Part shown: piece by piece, positions 56,022 to 64,000 of the stretch
How the letters are laid out: each line of letters starts with the position of its first letter
How positions within the stretch are numbered: position 1 is the first letter of the stretch
Source of the DNA: a virus
IMG/VR virus record: IMGVR_UViG_3300045988_072133
Location: 39,171-103,170 of that record
DNA: 64,000 nucleotides
Strand: one strand, 5' to 3'
Notes under the pieces: generated by a model
What the model saw: the letters and a program-made list of their open reading frames with translations, nothing else
Told to the model about the DNA's origin: nothing
Database searches by the model: none
Position numbers and translations under genes: made by a program

Positions 56022-57488
56022 ATGTTACAGAGAACAACTCGTATTACAACGGCTTCAGGTAAAAGAGTTCTGAAGTCGAACTGTTGCACCATCAATGGTG
56101 AGTACTACATCAAAGAAGAGGAAGCTGTTAAGATCGGAACATCATGGTATCTGAAGCAGGATCCGAGAATCTTCTATGATTATGGCTCACGATCCTGGAG
56201 GAAGACTCGTGGTGTTAACATCTGCAAGGGAGTTGTAGGATGGGATTCATCAAATACTCGTCCTATAATTGGAGCTTTTGAAGTAGACCACACTCGCAAC
56301 ATTGATGTTGCTAAGCTAGATTCCTGTGGTAATATTCAAAATATGGTTACGTATATGGATCGGTCTCTTCTCCAAGGGCTGGTCCATTATAACAAAAACC
56401 TGGGAATCTACGAAGACACTACTGCACTCAGTCCTATCCTTAAGAAGGTAGAAGGTGTTTTAGCTAACACTATAGGACAGGGTGTATACAACTATTCTTT
56501 TAATCAGGAGTATTCTTCAAGTAAACACATGGAGAAGTTCCTCAAATATCCCCGCGATATGAGAATTGATAACCCTATCAATATCCCTGATGTAAAAGAA
56601 TTTGGAGAGTTCTCCTTTGGTCTAGAGTTCGAAACTGCTGCTGGAAAGTTGAGCCAAGCACAATGTTTTAACTTAGGACTTATTCCTCTGCGAGATGGTT
56701 CTATCTCAGGTATTGAGTATACTACTATACCTATGAAAGGACCTGAGGGATTTAATCTCTTAATCAATCAGGTGAAGACTCTACAAAAGAGTACTACCTT
56801 TGATAAGGATTGTTCCCTTCACGTACATTTAGGAGGCTTTCCTGTCGAGGCGAAAACTATCTGGGCCCTTTATAAGCTCCTAGTGATTATAGAGCCTCAA
56901 ATCGCTCGTATTATGCCTTATTTCGCATTTAACACAGGTAAGTTCAAGTCAAAGGGTAAAGACTACTGTACAAAGTTGCGTAGGTATTCTTCTTTTGAGG
57001 AATACTATATCTATTGTTCGGGAGATCGCATGCGCTTTGATGGTAACCTGACATATCCTCATCCTATGGATGAAGAAGACCGTGCTAAGTGGAATATTCA
57101 TGCGCGCTATGTATGGGCGAATCTTATCAACATGCTTTTCAAGAAGCAAGGTAAGACTGTAGAGTTCCGAATTCACGCTCCGACGTTTAACATTCAGAAG
57201 ATTATAAACTGGATGTTTATTTGCTCAGGTATACTCCAGTTCGCTATTAAGAATAAAGATCAGTTGCTGAAGAGTAGCATAGGAGCTACAGCGATTACTT
57301 TAGAGGATATCATCTCAAATGTTTATTCTCGTCGTGTTTCGCTGCAGCTTACTGACTATATTCAGTATCGAGAAATATTCTTTAGACAGCTGGCTAATAA
57401 GTACAGTGATCCAGCAGGATTAATTGACTTACGTATTGACCAAGAGCAAGACTTCGGGACTAACTTAGTTACTACAGTACGACACTAA
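56022..57488 (+). CDS. second GS-fold amidoligase-like protein (Amidoligase_2-like), 488 aa
   Basis: FSFGLEFETAAG (G.E.E), CSLHVHLGGF (H.H) and KTVEFRIHAP (E.R), with the same motif order as the 53714-54517 paralogue. Confidence 0.5.
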   Translation: MLQRTTRITTASGKRVLKSNCCTINGEYYIKEEEAVKIGTSWYLKQDPRIFYDYGSRSWRKTRGVNICKGVVGWDSSNTRPIIGAFEVDHTRNIDVAKLDSCGNIQNMVTYMDRSLLQGLVHYNKNLGIYEDTTALSPILKKVEGVLANTIGQGVYNYSFNQEYSSSKHMEKFLKYPRDMRIDNPINIPDVKEFGEFSFGLEFETAAGKLSQAQCFNLGLIPLRDGSISGIEYTTIPMKGPEGFNLLINQVKTLQKSTTFDKDCSLHVHLGGFPVEAKTIWALYKLLVIIEPQIARIMPYFAFNTGKFKSKGKDYCTKLRRYSSFEEYYIYCSGDRMRFDGNLTYPHPMDEEDRAKWNIHARYVWANLINMLFKKQGKTVEFRIHAPTFNIQKIINWMFICSGILQFAIKNKDQLLKSSIGATAITLEDIISNVYSRRVSLQLTDYIQYREIFFRQLANKYSDPAGLIDLRIDQEQDFGTNLVTTVRH

Positions 57489-57492
57489 ATGA

Positions 57493-58131
57493 ATGTTTGG
57501 TAGTTGGAATAAGTTACTAAATGTTGACGCTGTTAAACCTATTCTGTCGGTACTCAATGAAGAGTACCGGCAGTATGAGGTTTATCCACCCAAAAAGTGT
57601 GTTTTTGAAGCTTTTAGACAGTGCCCTTATGAGAAAGTAAGGGTAGTTGTTATTGGTCAAGACCCATATCCTCAAAAAGGATTCGCTACAGGTATAGCTT
57701 TTGCAAATCCTGTAGAAGTAAAGAACATTAGCCCTTCTTTAACAATTCTTAGAGATCGAGTCTTTAGAGATTTTGGAAGGCGTAATGATGAGTTTGACCA
57801 AACTCTTATATCCTGGGAACAACAAGGAGTGTTGTTACTTAATGCAGCACTAACTGTAAGAGCCCATCAGCCTGAAAGCCACACACATTACTGGCATCCC
57901 TTTATACGAGATCTTATCCTGGCGCTTAATCAATATAATCCAGGATTAATCTATGTATTGTTAGGAAAAGTTGCAGAAACATTTAGGAAATACGTAGGTC
58001 CTAATAACCACGTATTAACATATCCTCACCCAGCCTACTTCTGTAGGTTAGGATGTGGATTTGAAGCCACCATGTTTACGGATATCAATAAGATACTTCG
58101 TGATCTTAATGGTGACGAAATTAAGTTCTAG
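57493..58131 (+). CDS. ung: uracil-DNA glycosylase (family 1), 212 aa
   Basis: VVVIGQDPYPQKGFATGIAF (E. coli Ung [21 protein letters not shown]) and GVLLLNAALTVRAHQPESH (Ung GVLLLNTVLTVRAGQAHSH). Confidence 0.8.
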   Translation: MFGSWNKLLNVDAVKPILSVLNEEYRQYEVYPPKKCVFEAFRQCPYEKVRVVVIGQDPYPQKGFATGIAFANPVEVKNISPSLTILRDRVFRDFGRRNDEFDQTLISWEQQGVLLLNAALTVRAHQPESHTHYWHPFIRDLILALNQYNPGLIYVLLGKVAETFRKYVGPNNHVLTYPHPAYFCRLGCGFEATMFTDINKILRDLNGDEIKF

Positions 58132-58586
58132 TGGCTGAGAATAAGAAAGTAAAAAATGCTCAAGGTGTCAGTTATGATGGTATTAACTTCAAAAGTCGCT
58201 TAGAATATAACTGTTATAGGCTACTCAAAGATGCAGGATTTGACCCAGCCTATGAGCCAGTTAGATATAAGTTACTTCCTTCCTCAAAATTAGAAGTTGG
58301 TAGTATCTATGCTCCCCGAAAGAAGATTCTAATTGAGTACAAAAGTTATCGAGAGATTACTTATACACCAGATTTTGAATTCTTTATAGGTGGAACACAT
58401 GTATATTTTGACACTAAAGGCAAACCTAACGATGCTTATCCTCTTAAGAAGAAATTATTTCTCCACTACTTAGAAAGCGTAGGAGAGCCCTACGTATTCT
58501 TTGAACCTCACAACATTGCTCAAATAGAGCAATCTATAAGGATTTTATTAGATGAATTACGTAAGCAAAATCACCGAACTGTCTAA
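58131..58586 (+). CDS. DUF1064-family PD-(D/E)XK nuclease (putative resolvase/endonuclease), 151 aa
   Basis: FKSRLEYNCYRLLKDAGF ... YTPDFEF ... YFDTKGK ... LKKKLF follows the DUF1064 pattern (SK.EA.RY.L...G.I ... Y.ADF ... DVKG ... LK.KLF). Confidence 0.5.
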   Translation: MAENKKVKNAQGVSYDGINFKSRLEYNCYRLLKDAGFDPAYEPVRYKLLPSSKLEVGSIYAPRKKILIEYKSYREITYTPDFEFFIGGTHVYFDTKGKPNDAYPLKKKLFLHYLESVGEPYVFFEPHNIAQIEQSIRILLDELRKQNHRTV

Positions 58587-58842
58587 GCAATGCCTGAAAG
58601 ATTCAGATGCTATCAGAGTCAAAAGTTGGCTTGAGCGTCGGAATCTGATGTCTATCAAGGAAATAGTTACTTCAGAATTTATTAAGTTTAAATCTAAGAA
58701 ACCCGGGAGTTTGGAAGATAAACCAATGTATGACGAGATGTTCGCCATCTTTGCAGAGTTAGAATCAACGATCGTGGAATACCTTAGACTTAATGATTAC
58801 GAAGAGGATGAACTCAACATCCCTTATGATGAAGAGTATTAA
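58552..58842 (+). CDS. hypothetical acidic protein (96 aa)
   Basis: ORF overlapping neighbours at both ends. Confidence 0.3.
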   Translation: MNYVSKITELSKQCLKDSDAIRVKSWLERRNLMSIKEIVTSEFIKFKSKKPGSLEDKPMYDEMFAIFAELESTIVEYLRLNDYEEDELNIPYDEEY

Positions 58843-59878
58843 AGAACTATCCCTCAACATTAGTGAGCCGGAATATCGAAAGCTAGGAGGCTTCTCGTAT
58901 TCTATGCTTGCTAAGTTCCTTCGCTCTGGAGATCCCAAAGTATTAGTTACTCCCTCTCACGATGAGTCGGATGCACTAAGATTTGGATCATTAGTAGATT
59001 GCTTGATGACTGAACCAGATCTTTTAGAAGACAGGTTCTTCATTACATCTATGAAAACTCCTTCTCCAACAATCACTTCCGTAATGTTGTATATCTACAA
59101 AAAAGTTCCTAATGCCAAAAGCTTTACCTTTGTACCTAACGAAGTAAAGCTAGAAGCTCTAGATAATTTTGATTATGCAACATCTTGGAGTAGTAAAACA
59201 AGATTAGATCGCTTAGATAAGCAATCATTCTATTATACATTGTTGCAAAGAAGTGAAGGAAAGATTGTCATGTCTGAAGAAGATCTTACACTAGCAACCC
59301 TATGTGTTAAGATTCTTAAGACTCATCCCTTTACTGAGAAGTATATGGGAGATGAAGATCCTTTCAATCCTAAGATTGAGAAGATTAATCAGTTAAAATT
59401 CTCATCTACATATCATGGGAATCTTATTAGATGTATGTTTGATAGAATTATAGTAGACCATGATGCCAAAACAATACAGCCTATTGATCTCAAAACCTCT
59501 GGTAAGAAAGAGGAGAAGTTTGAGCTCTCAGCATTGGAATGGGATTATTATATCCAAGCATCTATGTATACTCAGATTCTATTAGATGTAATTTCTGAAG
59601 ACGAGTACTTCAAGGATTTCACAATTCTTCCTTTCAAATTTGTTGTCATTAACAGGTTCGAAAGAACTCCTATGGTATGGTCATACCCGTTTAGTCGTCT
59701 AAATAGAAATATTATAGATGATCAGCAAACTTTGTTGCAGAAGAATGGGTATAAGAGTTGGCGTGAGCTTATTAAAGAAGCCGCGTGGCACATTGAGAAC
59801 AATAAGTTTGATTATTCTTACGAGACTTATATGTCTGGAGGAGAACGAACTATTGATTTCTCTAAATATCTTCGTTAA
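58793..59878 (+). CDS. PD-(D/E)XK-type exonuclease-like protein (361 aa)
   Basis: DRIIVDHDAKTIQPIDLKTSGKK ... YYIQASMYTQI resembles D...(I/V)D(L)K(T/S) ... Q.Y nuclease cores of RecB/Cas4/YqaJ-like proteins. Confidence 0.4.
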   Translation: MITKRMNSTSLMMKSIKELSLNISEPEYRKLGGFSYSMLAKFLRSGDPKVLVTPSHDESDALRFGSLVDCLMTEPDLLEDRFFITSMKTPSPTITSVMLYIYKKVPNAKSFTFVPNEVKLEALDNFDYATSWSSKTRLDRLDKQSFYYTLLQRSEGKIVMSEEDLTLATLCVKILKTHPFTEKYMGDEDPFNPKIEKINQLKFSSTYHGNLIRCMFDRIIVDHDAKTIQPIDLKTSGKKEEKFELSALEWDYYIQASMYTQILLDVISEDEYFKDFTILPFKFVVINRFERTPMVWSYPFSRLNRNIIDDQQTLLQKNGYKSWRELIKEAAWHIENNKFDYSYETYMSGGERTIDFSKYLR

Positions 59879-62409
59879 TGAGAAATATCGATGCGTTAAC
59901 GTATTTTAAAGGAGATGATTTGGCAGCTAAAGTTTGGACTGATAAATATGCTCTCCGTAATGAGAAGGGCGAGATTGTTGAGTCTAATCCCGATCAAATG
60001 CATCTTCGCATGGCAAAAGAATTTGCTAGAATAGAAGCTAATTATGGTGGTCCCAATAAGCTTAGTGAAGAGCAGATTCTTGGACTTTTCCAAGACTTTC
60101 GTTATATAGTTCCTGGTGGATCAGTAATGGCAGGACTTGGAAGTACTGCTGTGGGATCTCTCTCCAATTGCTTCGTAATTGGGCAGCCCGAGGATTCGTA
60201 CTCGGGTATTATGAAACTTAGAGAAGAGCAAGCTCACCTTATGAAACGACGTGGTGGTGTGGGAAAGGACCTTTCAACACTTCGTCCTTCAGGTGCTGCT
60301 GTTAAGAACGCAGCTAAGAGTTCTACTGGTGCTGCATCTTTTATGGATGTAGATTCTGCAATAACTACAGAGGTTGCTCAGCGAGGAAGACGAGGAGCTC
60401 TGATGTTAACATTAGATATTCGTCATCCTGATGTTGAAGAGTTTATTACTCGGAAGCAAGATCTAACAAAAGTTACTGGGGCTAACATTAGTGTTAAGGT
60501 CACAGATGACTTTATGGAAGCAGTTAAGAATGATCATGATTACATTCTTCGCTGGCCTGTAACTATAAGAGCAGAAAATACTGCCTTTAAAGATCTTGAA
60601 TATGGTAAGCTATTATGCCTAGAGCATCCTCGCAAGGATACATGTTGTTACTACAAGAAGGTAAGAGCTCGTAAACTCTGGGAACTATTAATTCATTGTG
60701 CATGGAATACTGCTGAACCTGGAATCATGTTCGAGGACCGTCACGTTGAATTTAGTCCTGATGGAGTTTATCCTCAATATCGAGGTGTATCCACGAATCC
60801 TTGTGGTGAAATCTTTATGCAACCGTATGATAGCTGTAGATTGATTCATATTAATCTCACATCGTTTGTTAAACGAGCTTATTATCCCGATGCTTCTTTA
60901 GATCTGGATAACCTGTATAGGGTTGCAAAAATCGCAATCAGGCTGGGAGATGATCTTATAGACCTAGAAGTAGAGGCTATAGATCGTATATTAGGGCATA
61001 TAACATCTTCTAAAGGTAATAACAGTCGAGAGTTTAATCTCTGGATGTCTGTTAGAGATGCTGCATTATCTAGTAGAAGATGTGGAATAGGATTCACAGG
61101 GCTTGCAGATACTCTTGCAATGCTTAAGACAGGGTTTAATGATGATGGCATCGGCACAGTTGATGTTATCATGAACACTATCTTTAAAGCAGAACTTGAG
61201 AGTACTATAGATCTAGCCGAAGAGAGAGGTACTTTTGTAGGTTGGGATAAGGAGAGAGAACTTGCTCATGTAGAAGGCAATGAATGGTATCAAATGGTGG
61301 CTAAAACATTCCCCGAACTCTATGATCGGATGATGAAAGTAGGTCGCCGTAATGTATCATTCTCTACTGTTGCTCCTACAGGAACTGTAAGTATTCTTAC
61401 TCAGACGTCTTCAGGTATTGAACCCGTATTCTCCCTATATTATACACGTCGTAAGAAGTGTGTAGAAGGAGAACCTCACAATTTTGTAGATCAGAATGGT
61501 GAGAAATTCCAAGAGTTCAAGGTATTTCATAGACCCTTCCTAGAATGGGCAAGGTTAAAGCTAGACCTTCCTACTATAGAAGTAACATTGGAATGCATTG
61601 AGAAGATGTCTGCTGAAGAACTATCTCGCTTTATCACTTGGTCTCCCTGGTATAAGAATACTGCCCCTGAGATCGACTGGGATACTCGTCTTAGAATGCA
61701 ATCAGTAGTTCAATACTATACTACTCATAGTATTTCTAGTACCCTAAATCTTCCCAGTAGTACTACAGAAGGAGAAATTAGCAAGATCTATTTCAAGGCT
61801 TGGGAATATAATCTTAAAGGAGTAACAGTTTATCGAGATGGCTGTAGAGCTGGTGTGCTGGTAACAGATACTAAGCCTAAACAAGTCTTCGAGCAACATA
61901 GTGCTCCTAAGAGACCAAAAGTTCTCAATGCTGAACTTCATGTAGTTAAAGTTAAGAAAGTTAAGTATGCAGTAATTGTAGGCTTAATGGAAGGCAAACC
62001 TTATGAAACTTTCGCATTTGAGTTAGGAGAAGGAAATTTCTTACCTCAAACTGGTAAGATCATTAAGGTTAAACGCGGATGCTATAATTTTGTAGGTGAT
62101 CACGACCTCATTATTGAGAATATTCATCTTGCCAATGATAAGCTAGAGGAGAGGTCAAGTTCGATCTATATCTCTATGCTTCTACGACACGGTGCACCTA
62201 TAGAATATGTCATAGCTACCGCAAAGAAAGTGAATGCAAACATTGCTTCTTTCACATCAGCTGTATGTCGTGTGCTAATGAAGTACTGTACCAAGGATAT
62301 TGAAGAAGATACATGTCCTGAGTGTGGTACTAAGCTATCACGTGAAGCTGGATGTAAGAAATGTAACAATTGTGGTTATTCACTGTGTTTATTAATGTTA
62401 GTAAAATGA
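59878..62409 (+). CDS. nrdJ: ribonucleotide reductase catalytic subunit, class II (B12-dependent NrdJ)-like, with C-terminal zinc ribbon (843 aa)
   Basis: N-terminal VWTDKYALRNEKGE...RMAKE, active-site TNPCGEI and LSNCFV/YDSCRLIHINL blocks. C-terminal CPECG...CKKCNNCG ribbon. No NrdB-like small subunit is visible in the window. Confidence 0.65.
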   Translation: MRNIDALTYFKGDDLAAKVWTDKYALRNEKGEIVESNPDQMHLRMAKEFARIEANYGGPNKLSEEQILGLFQDFRYIVPGGSVMAGLGSTAVGSLSNCFVIGQPEDSYSGIMKLREEQAHLMKRRGGVGKDLSTLRPSGAAVKNAAKSSTGAASFMDVDSAITTEVAQRGRRGALMLTLDIRHPDVEEFITRKQDLTKVTGANISVKVTDDFMEAVKNDHDYILRWPVTIRAENTAFKDLEYGKLLCLEHPRKDTCCYYKKVRARKLWELLIHCAWNTAEPGIMFEDRHVEFSPDGVYPQYRGVSTNPCGEIFMQPYDSCRLIHINLTSFVKRAYYPDASLDLDNLYRVAKIAIRLGDDLIDLEVEAIDRILGHITSSKGNNSREFNLWMSVRDAALSSRRCGIGFTGLADTLAMLKTGFNDDGIGTVDVIMNTIFKAELESTIDLAEERGTFVGWDKERELAHVEGNEWYQMVAKTFPELYDRMMKVGRRNVSFSTVAPTGTVSILTQTSSGIEPVFSLYYTRRKKCVEGEPHNFVDQNGEKFQEFKVFHRPFLEWARLKLDLPTIEVTLECIEKMSAEELSRFITWSPWYKNTAPEIDWDTRLRMQSVVQYYTTHSISSTLNLPSSTTEGEISKIYFKAWEYNLKGVTVYRDGCRAGVLVTDTKPKQVFEQHSAPKRPKVLNAELHVVKVKKVKYAVIVGLMEGKPYETFAFELGEGNFLPQTGKIIKVKRGCYNFVGDHDLIIENIHLANDKLEERSSSIYISMLLRHGAPIEYVIATAKKVNANIASFTSAVCRVLMKYCTKDIEEDTCPECGTKLSREAGCKKCNNCGYSLCLLMLVK

Positions 62410-62921
62410 AGTTAGTAGTTAATTATCGCTCAGTAGATCCTATGATCAAACCTGTAATTACTAAGAATGGTGAGTGGTTTGATCTAATGGCTGCAGAAAA
62501 TGTAGAATTCGCAGCTCCCCATAATGCATATAATACTCGTATTACAGAGTATGATGCAAAGAAAGTATCTTTAGGTATTGCTATGGCTTTACCTAAGGGG
62601 ATTGAAGCTGTAATGGTTCCTCGCAGCAGTCTTTATGGAACTAAGGGCGTAACATTAGTAAATAGTCAAGGTGTAATTGATTCCTCATATAGTGGCAGCG
62701 ATGATATTTGGTCTGCTTATCTTAAGGCAGATCGAGTTAGTACCATTCATGTGGGAGAAAGAATCGTTCAGTTCAGACTACAACCTTCTCAGAGAGCTTC
62801 TATCTGGACTAAGATTAAGTGGCTCTTTATATCTAAGATTGAGTTTAATAAGGTAGGATGCCTTAATAATCCTAATCGAGGAGGATATGGCATGTCTGGA
62901 GGATATAAAGAAGTAAAGTAG
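62406..62921 (+). CDS. dut: dUTPase (trimeric dUTP pyrophosphatase-like), about 171 aa
   Basis: VPRSSLYGTKGV (motif II RSG-like) and GVIDSSYSGSDD (motif III G.ID.DYRG-like). ATGA overlap with the RNR stop. Confidence 0.6.
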   Translation: MKLVVNYRSVDPMIKPVITKNGEWFDLMAAENVEFAAPHNAYNTRITEYDAKKVSLGIAMALPKGIEAVMVPRSSLYGTKGVTLVNSQGVIDSSYSGSDDIWSAYLKADRVSTIHVGERIVQFRLQPSQRASIWTKIKWLFISKIEFNKVGCLNNPNRGGYGMSGGYKEVK

Positions 62922-63478
62922 TGAGTGTATTAAGTACTGCAATCGGTATAATTGTAGGGGGTATGGTTTTAGCCTCCGTAGGTAAGATTTATTTGGGAAT
63001 CTATCAAACTATTAAGCAACAGAATCTTGCTGCTAATAAGTATAAAGTTTCATTTAAGAAGCACTTTAAGAAAGTCAAAGTTCCTCTTATCAAGATGAAA
63101 GTAGGTGAAGGACTTCATTATTTCTTAGTAGATAGTGGAGCTACTGATAATGTAATCACTAAGAGTTTCTTTGATACCGTAGATCACAAATATTTCAACG
63201 ACCTGCATTATGCAAAGCATATAGTGTCAACTAATGGCACAACGAAGAAATGTCCCTACATGGAAACAACATTGTCTTTTAAGCGAGATTACTTTGAAGA
63301 CATCCCATTCCTAATAACAGATATAAAAGATGCTGTTGATTTTATTAAAGAAAAGTCTAATATTACTATTGTAGGAATATTGGGCTCAACATTCTTTGAT
63401 AAATATCGTTGGGCTATAGATTTTGACGAACGTTGTATTTGGATTAACCCATTAGAAACAACTCAGAAGAATGAATAA
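62921..63478 (+). CDS. membrane-anchored retropepsin-like (clan AA) aspartic protease, 185 aa
   Basis: N-terminal TM helix LSTAIGIIVGGMVLASVG. Catalytic-type motif HYFLVDSGATDNVI (hydrophobic-hydrophobic-D-S/T-G-A). Confidence 0.5.
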   Translation: MSVLSTAIGIIVGGMVLASVGKIYLGIYQTIKQQNLAANKYKVSFKKHFKKVKVPLIKMKVGEGLHYFLVDSGATDNVITKSFFDTVDHKYFNDLHYAKHIVSTNGTTKKCPYMETTLSFKRDYFEDIPFLITDIKDAVDFIKEKSNITIVGILGSTFFDKYRWAIDFDERCIWINPLETTQKNE

Positions 63479-63773
63479 ATTTAGGTATGGTAGAGGTAAC
63501 AAACACTTCTTCACTATCCTAACTCCTCTTTCTAAGAATGTTTCTAATATAATAGCTAAATTACATTACGAGAATTTTTTAGGTGTAAGTTATAAGGATT
63601 TTACTAGACTTTGTGTTTCCTGTGATAAGGGACCCGAAGTATGTGAAGGAGAATTGTTACCTGCCATTAACGTAACTACCGGAGAACGAACTTTATTTAG
63701 GGTTAAGAAAATTAATCACAATGATGAAGTAGACATCTGGACAGTAGAACTAGAGTATGATAATACGCAATAA
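63471..63773 (+). CDS. hypothetical protein (100 aa)
   Basis: ORF with CxxC...C cluster (CVSCDKGPEVCEGE). Confidence 0.35.
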   Translation: MNKFRYGRGNKHFFTILTPLSKNVSNIIAKLHYENFLGVSYKDFTRLCVSCDKGPEVCEGELLPAINVTTGERTLFRVKKINHNDEVDIWTVELEYDNTQ

Positions 63774-64000
63774 AATTGTGTATGTCTATGATATTGAGGT
63801 ATTCCCCAATGTATTTCATTGTGCAGTTAAAAACACTGAAACTGGGGAATATCTCTTTTTTGAAATATCATCGAGGAGAAATGACGTAGAGAAACTCATT
63901 AATTTTTTTTGGCAAATCAAAGAAGATCAGAGAGGTATTTGGAGTAGTAATTATACTACTGCTAAGCAATTTGATACAGATAAAATTTTTTGTGGCTATA
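63757..64000 (+). CDS. DNA polymerase I family (T7-like PolA), N-terminal 3'-5' exonuclease region, truncated by window end
   Basis: Open frame to the window end reads ...VYVYDIEVFPNVFHCAVKNTETGEYLFF..., paralleling T7 gp5 IVSDIEANAL...FHCGVIYD (Exo I D-x-E). Start may be the ATG at 63757 or the GTG at 63778. Confidence 0.5.
   Translation, partial: MIIRNKIVYVYDIEVFPNVFHCAVKNTETGEYLFFEISSRRNDVEKLINFFWQIKEDQRGIWSSNYTTAKQFDTDKIFCGY

Noticed and set aside
1-64000. Genome-wide stop-codon reassignment (TAG or TGA recoding) as seen in some gut phages
   Set aside because: Long structural and replication genes are continuous under the standard code and no suppressor tRNA is among the seven tRNAs found. 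The single in-frame TAG at 37672-37674 is insufficient evidence.

Overview
This window reads as part of an AT-rich (about one-third GC by eye) tailed dsDNA phage genome, most consistent with a crAss-like or Bacteroidetes-phage architecture. It has two divergent arms. Positions 1-28618 are almost entirely minus-strand and carry the morphogenesis and packaging module: a 767-aa TerL-like ATPase, a 798-aa portal, a collagen-repeat tail fibre, a putative 504-aa major capsid protein, an acidic scaffold-like protein, a GroEL homologue with a GroES-like partner, and several peptidoglycan-hydrolase-like proteins. Positions 28943-64000 are plus-strand and carry seven tRNAs (Met, Ser, Arg, Leu, Gln, Thr; Asn on the minus arm), many small early-type genes, and a replication and nucleotide-metabolism module: a DnaB-like helicase, an AAA_24-like ATPase, a DnaG-like primase, UDG, a DUF1064 nuclease, a PD-(D/E)XK nuclease, a class II-like RNR, dUTPase and the start of a T7-like PolA. 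A seven-gene cluster (ATP-grasp, two unknowns, GATase-I/C26, amidoligase, GAT-II with MCGIFG N-terminus, second amidoligase) sits inside that module. I consider it the strongest candidate for an uncharacterised system, either metabolite synthesis or peptide tagging. Other notable items are a GC-rich gene at the strand-switch with its own -10 box and terminator, a ~1-kb ORF-free region with iteron-like GAGTA repeats, a membrane-anchored retropepsin-like protease, a three-member paralogous Cys-motif family, and terminators with homopolymer G/C stems. All calls come from reading the sequence and ORF translations by eye; no database searches were run.
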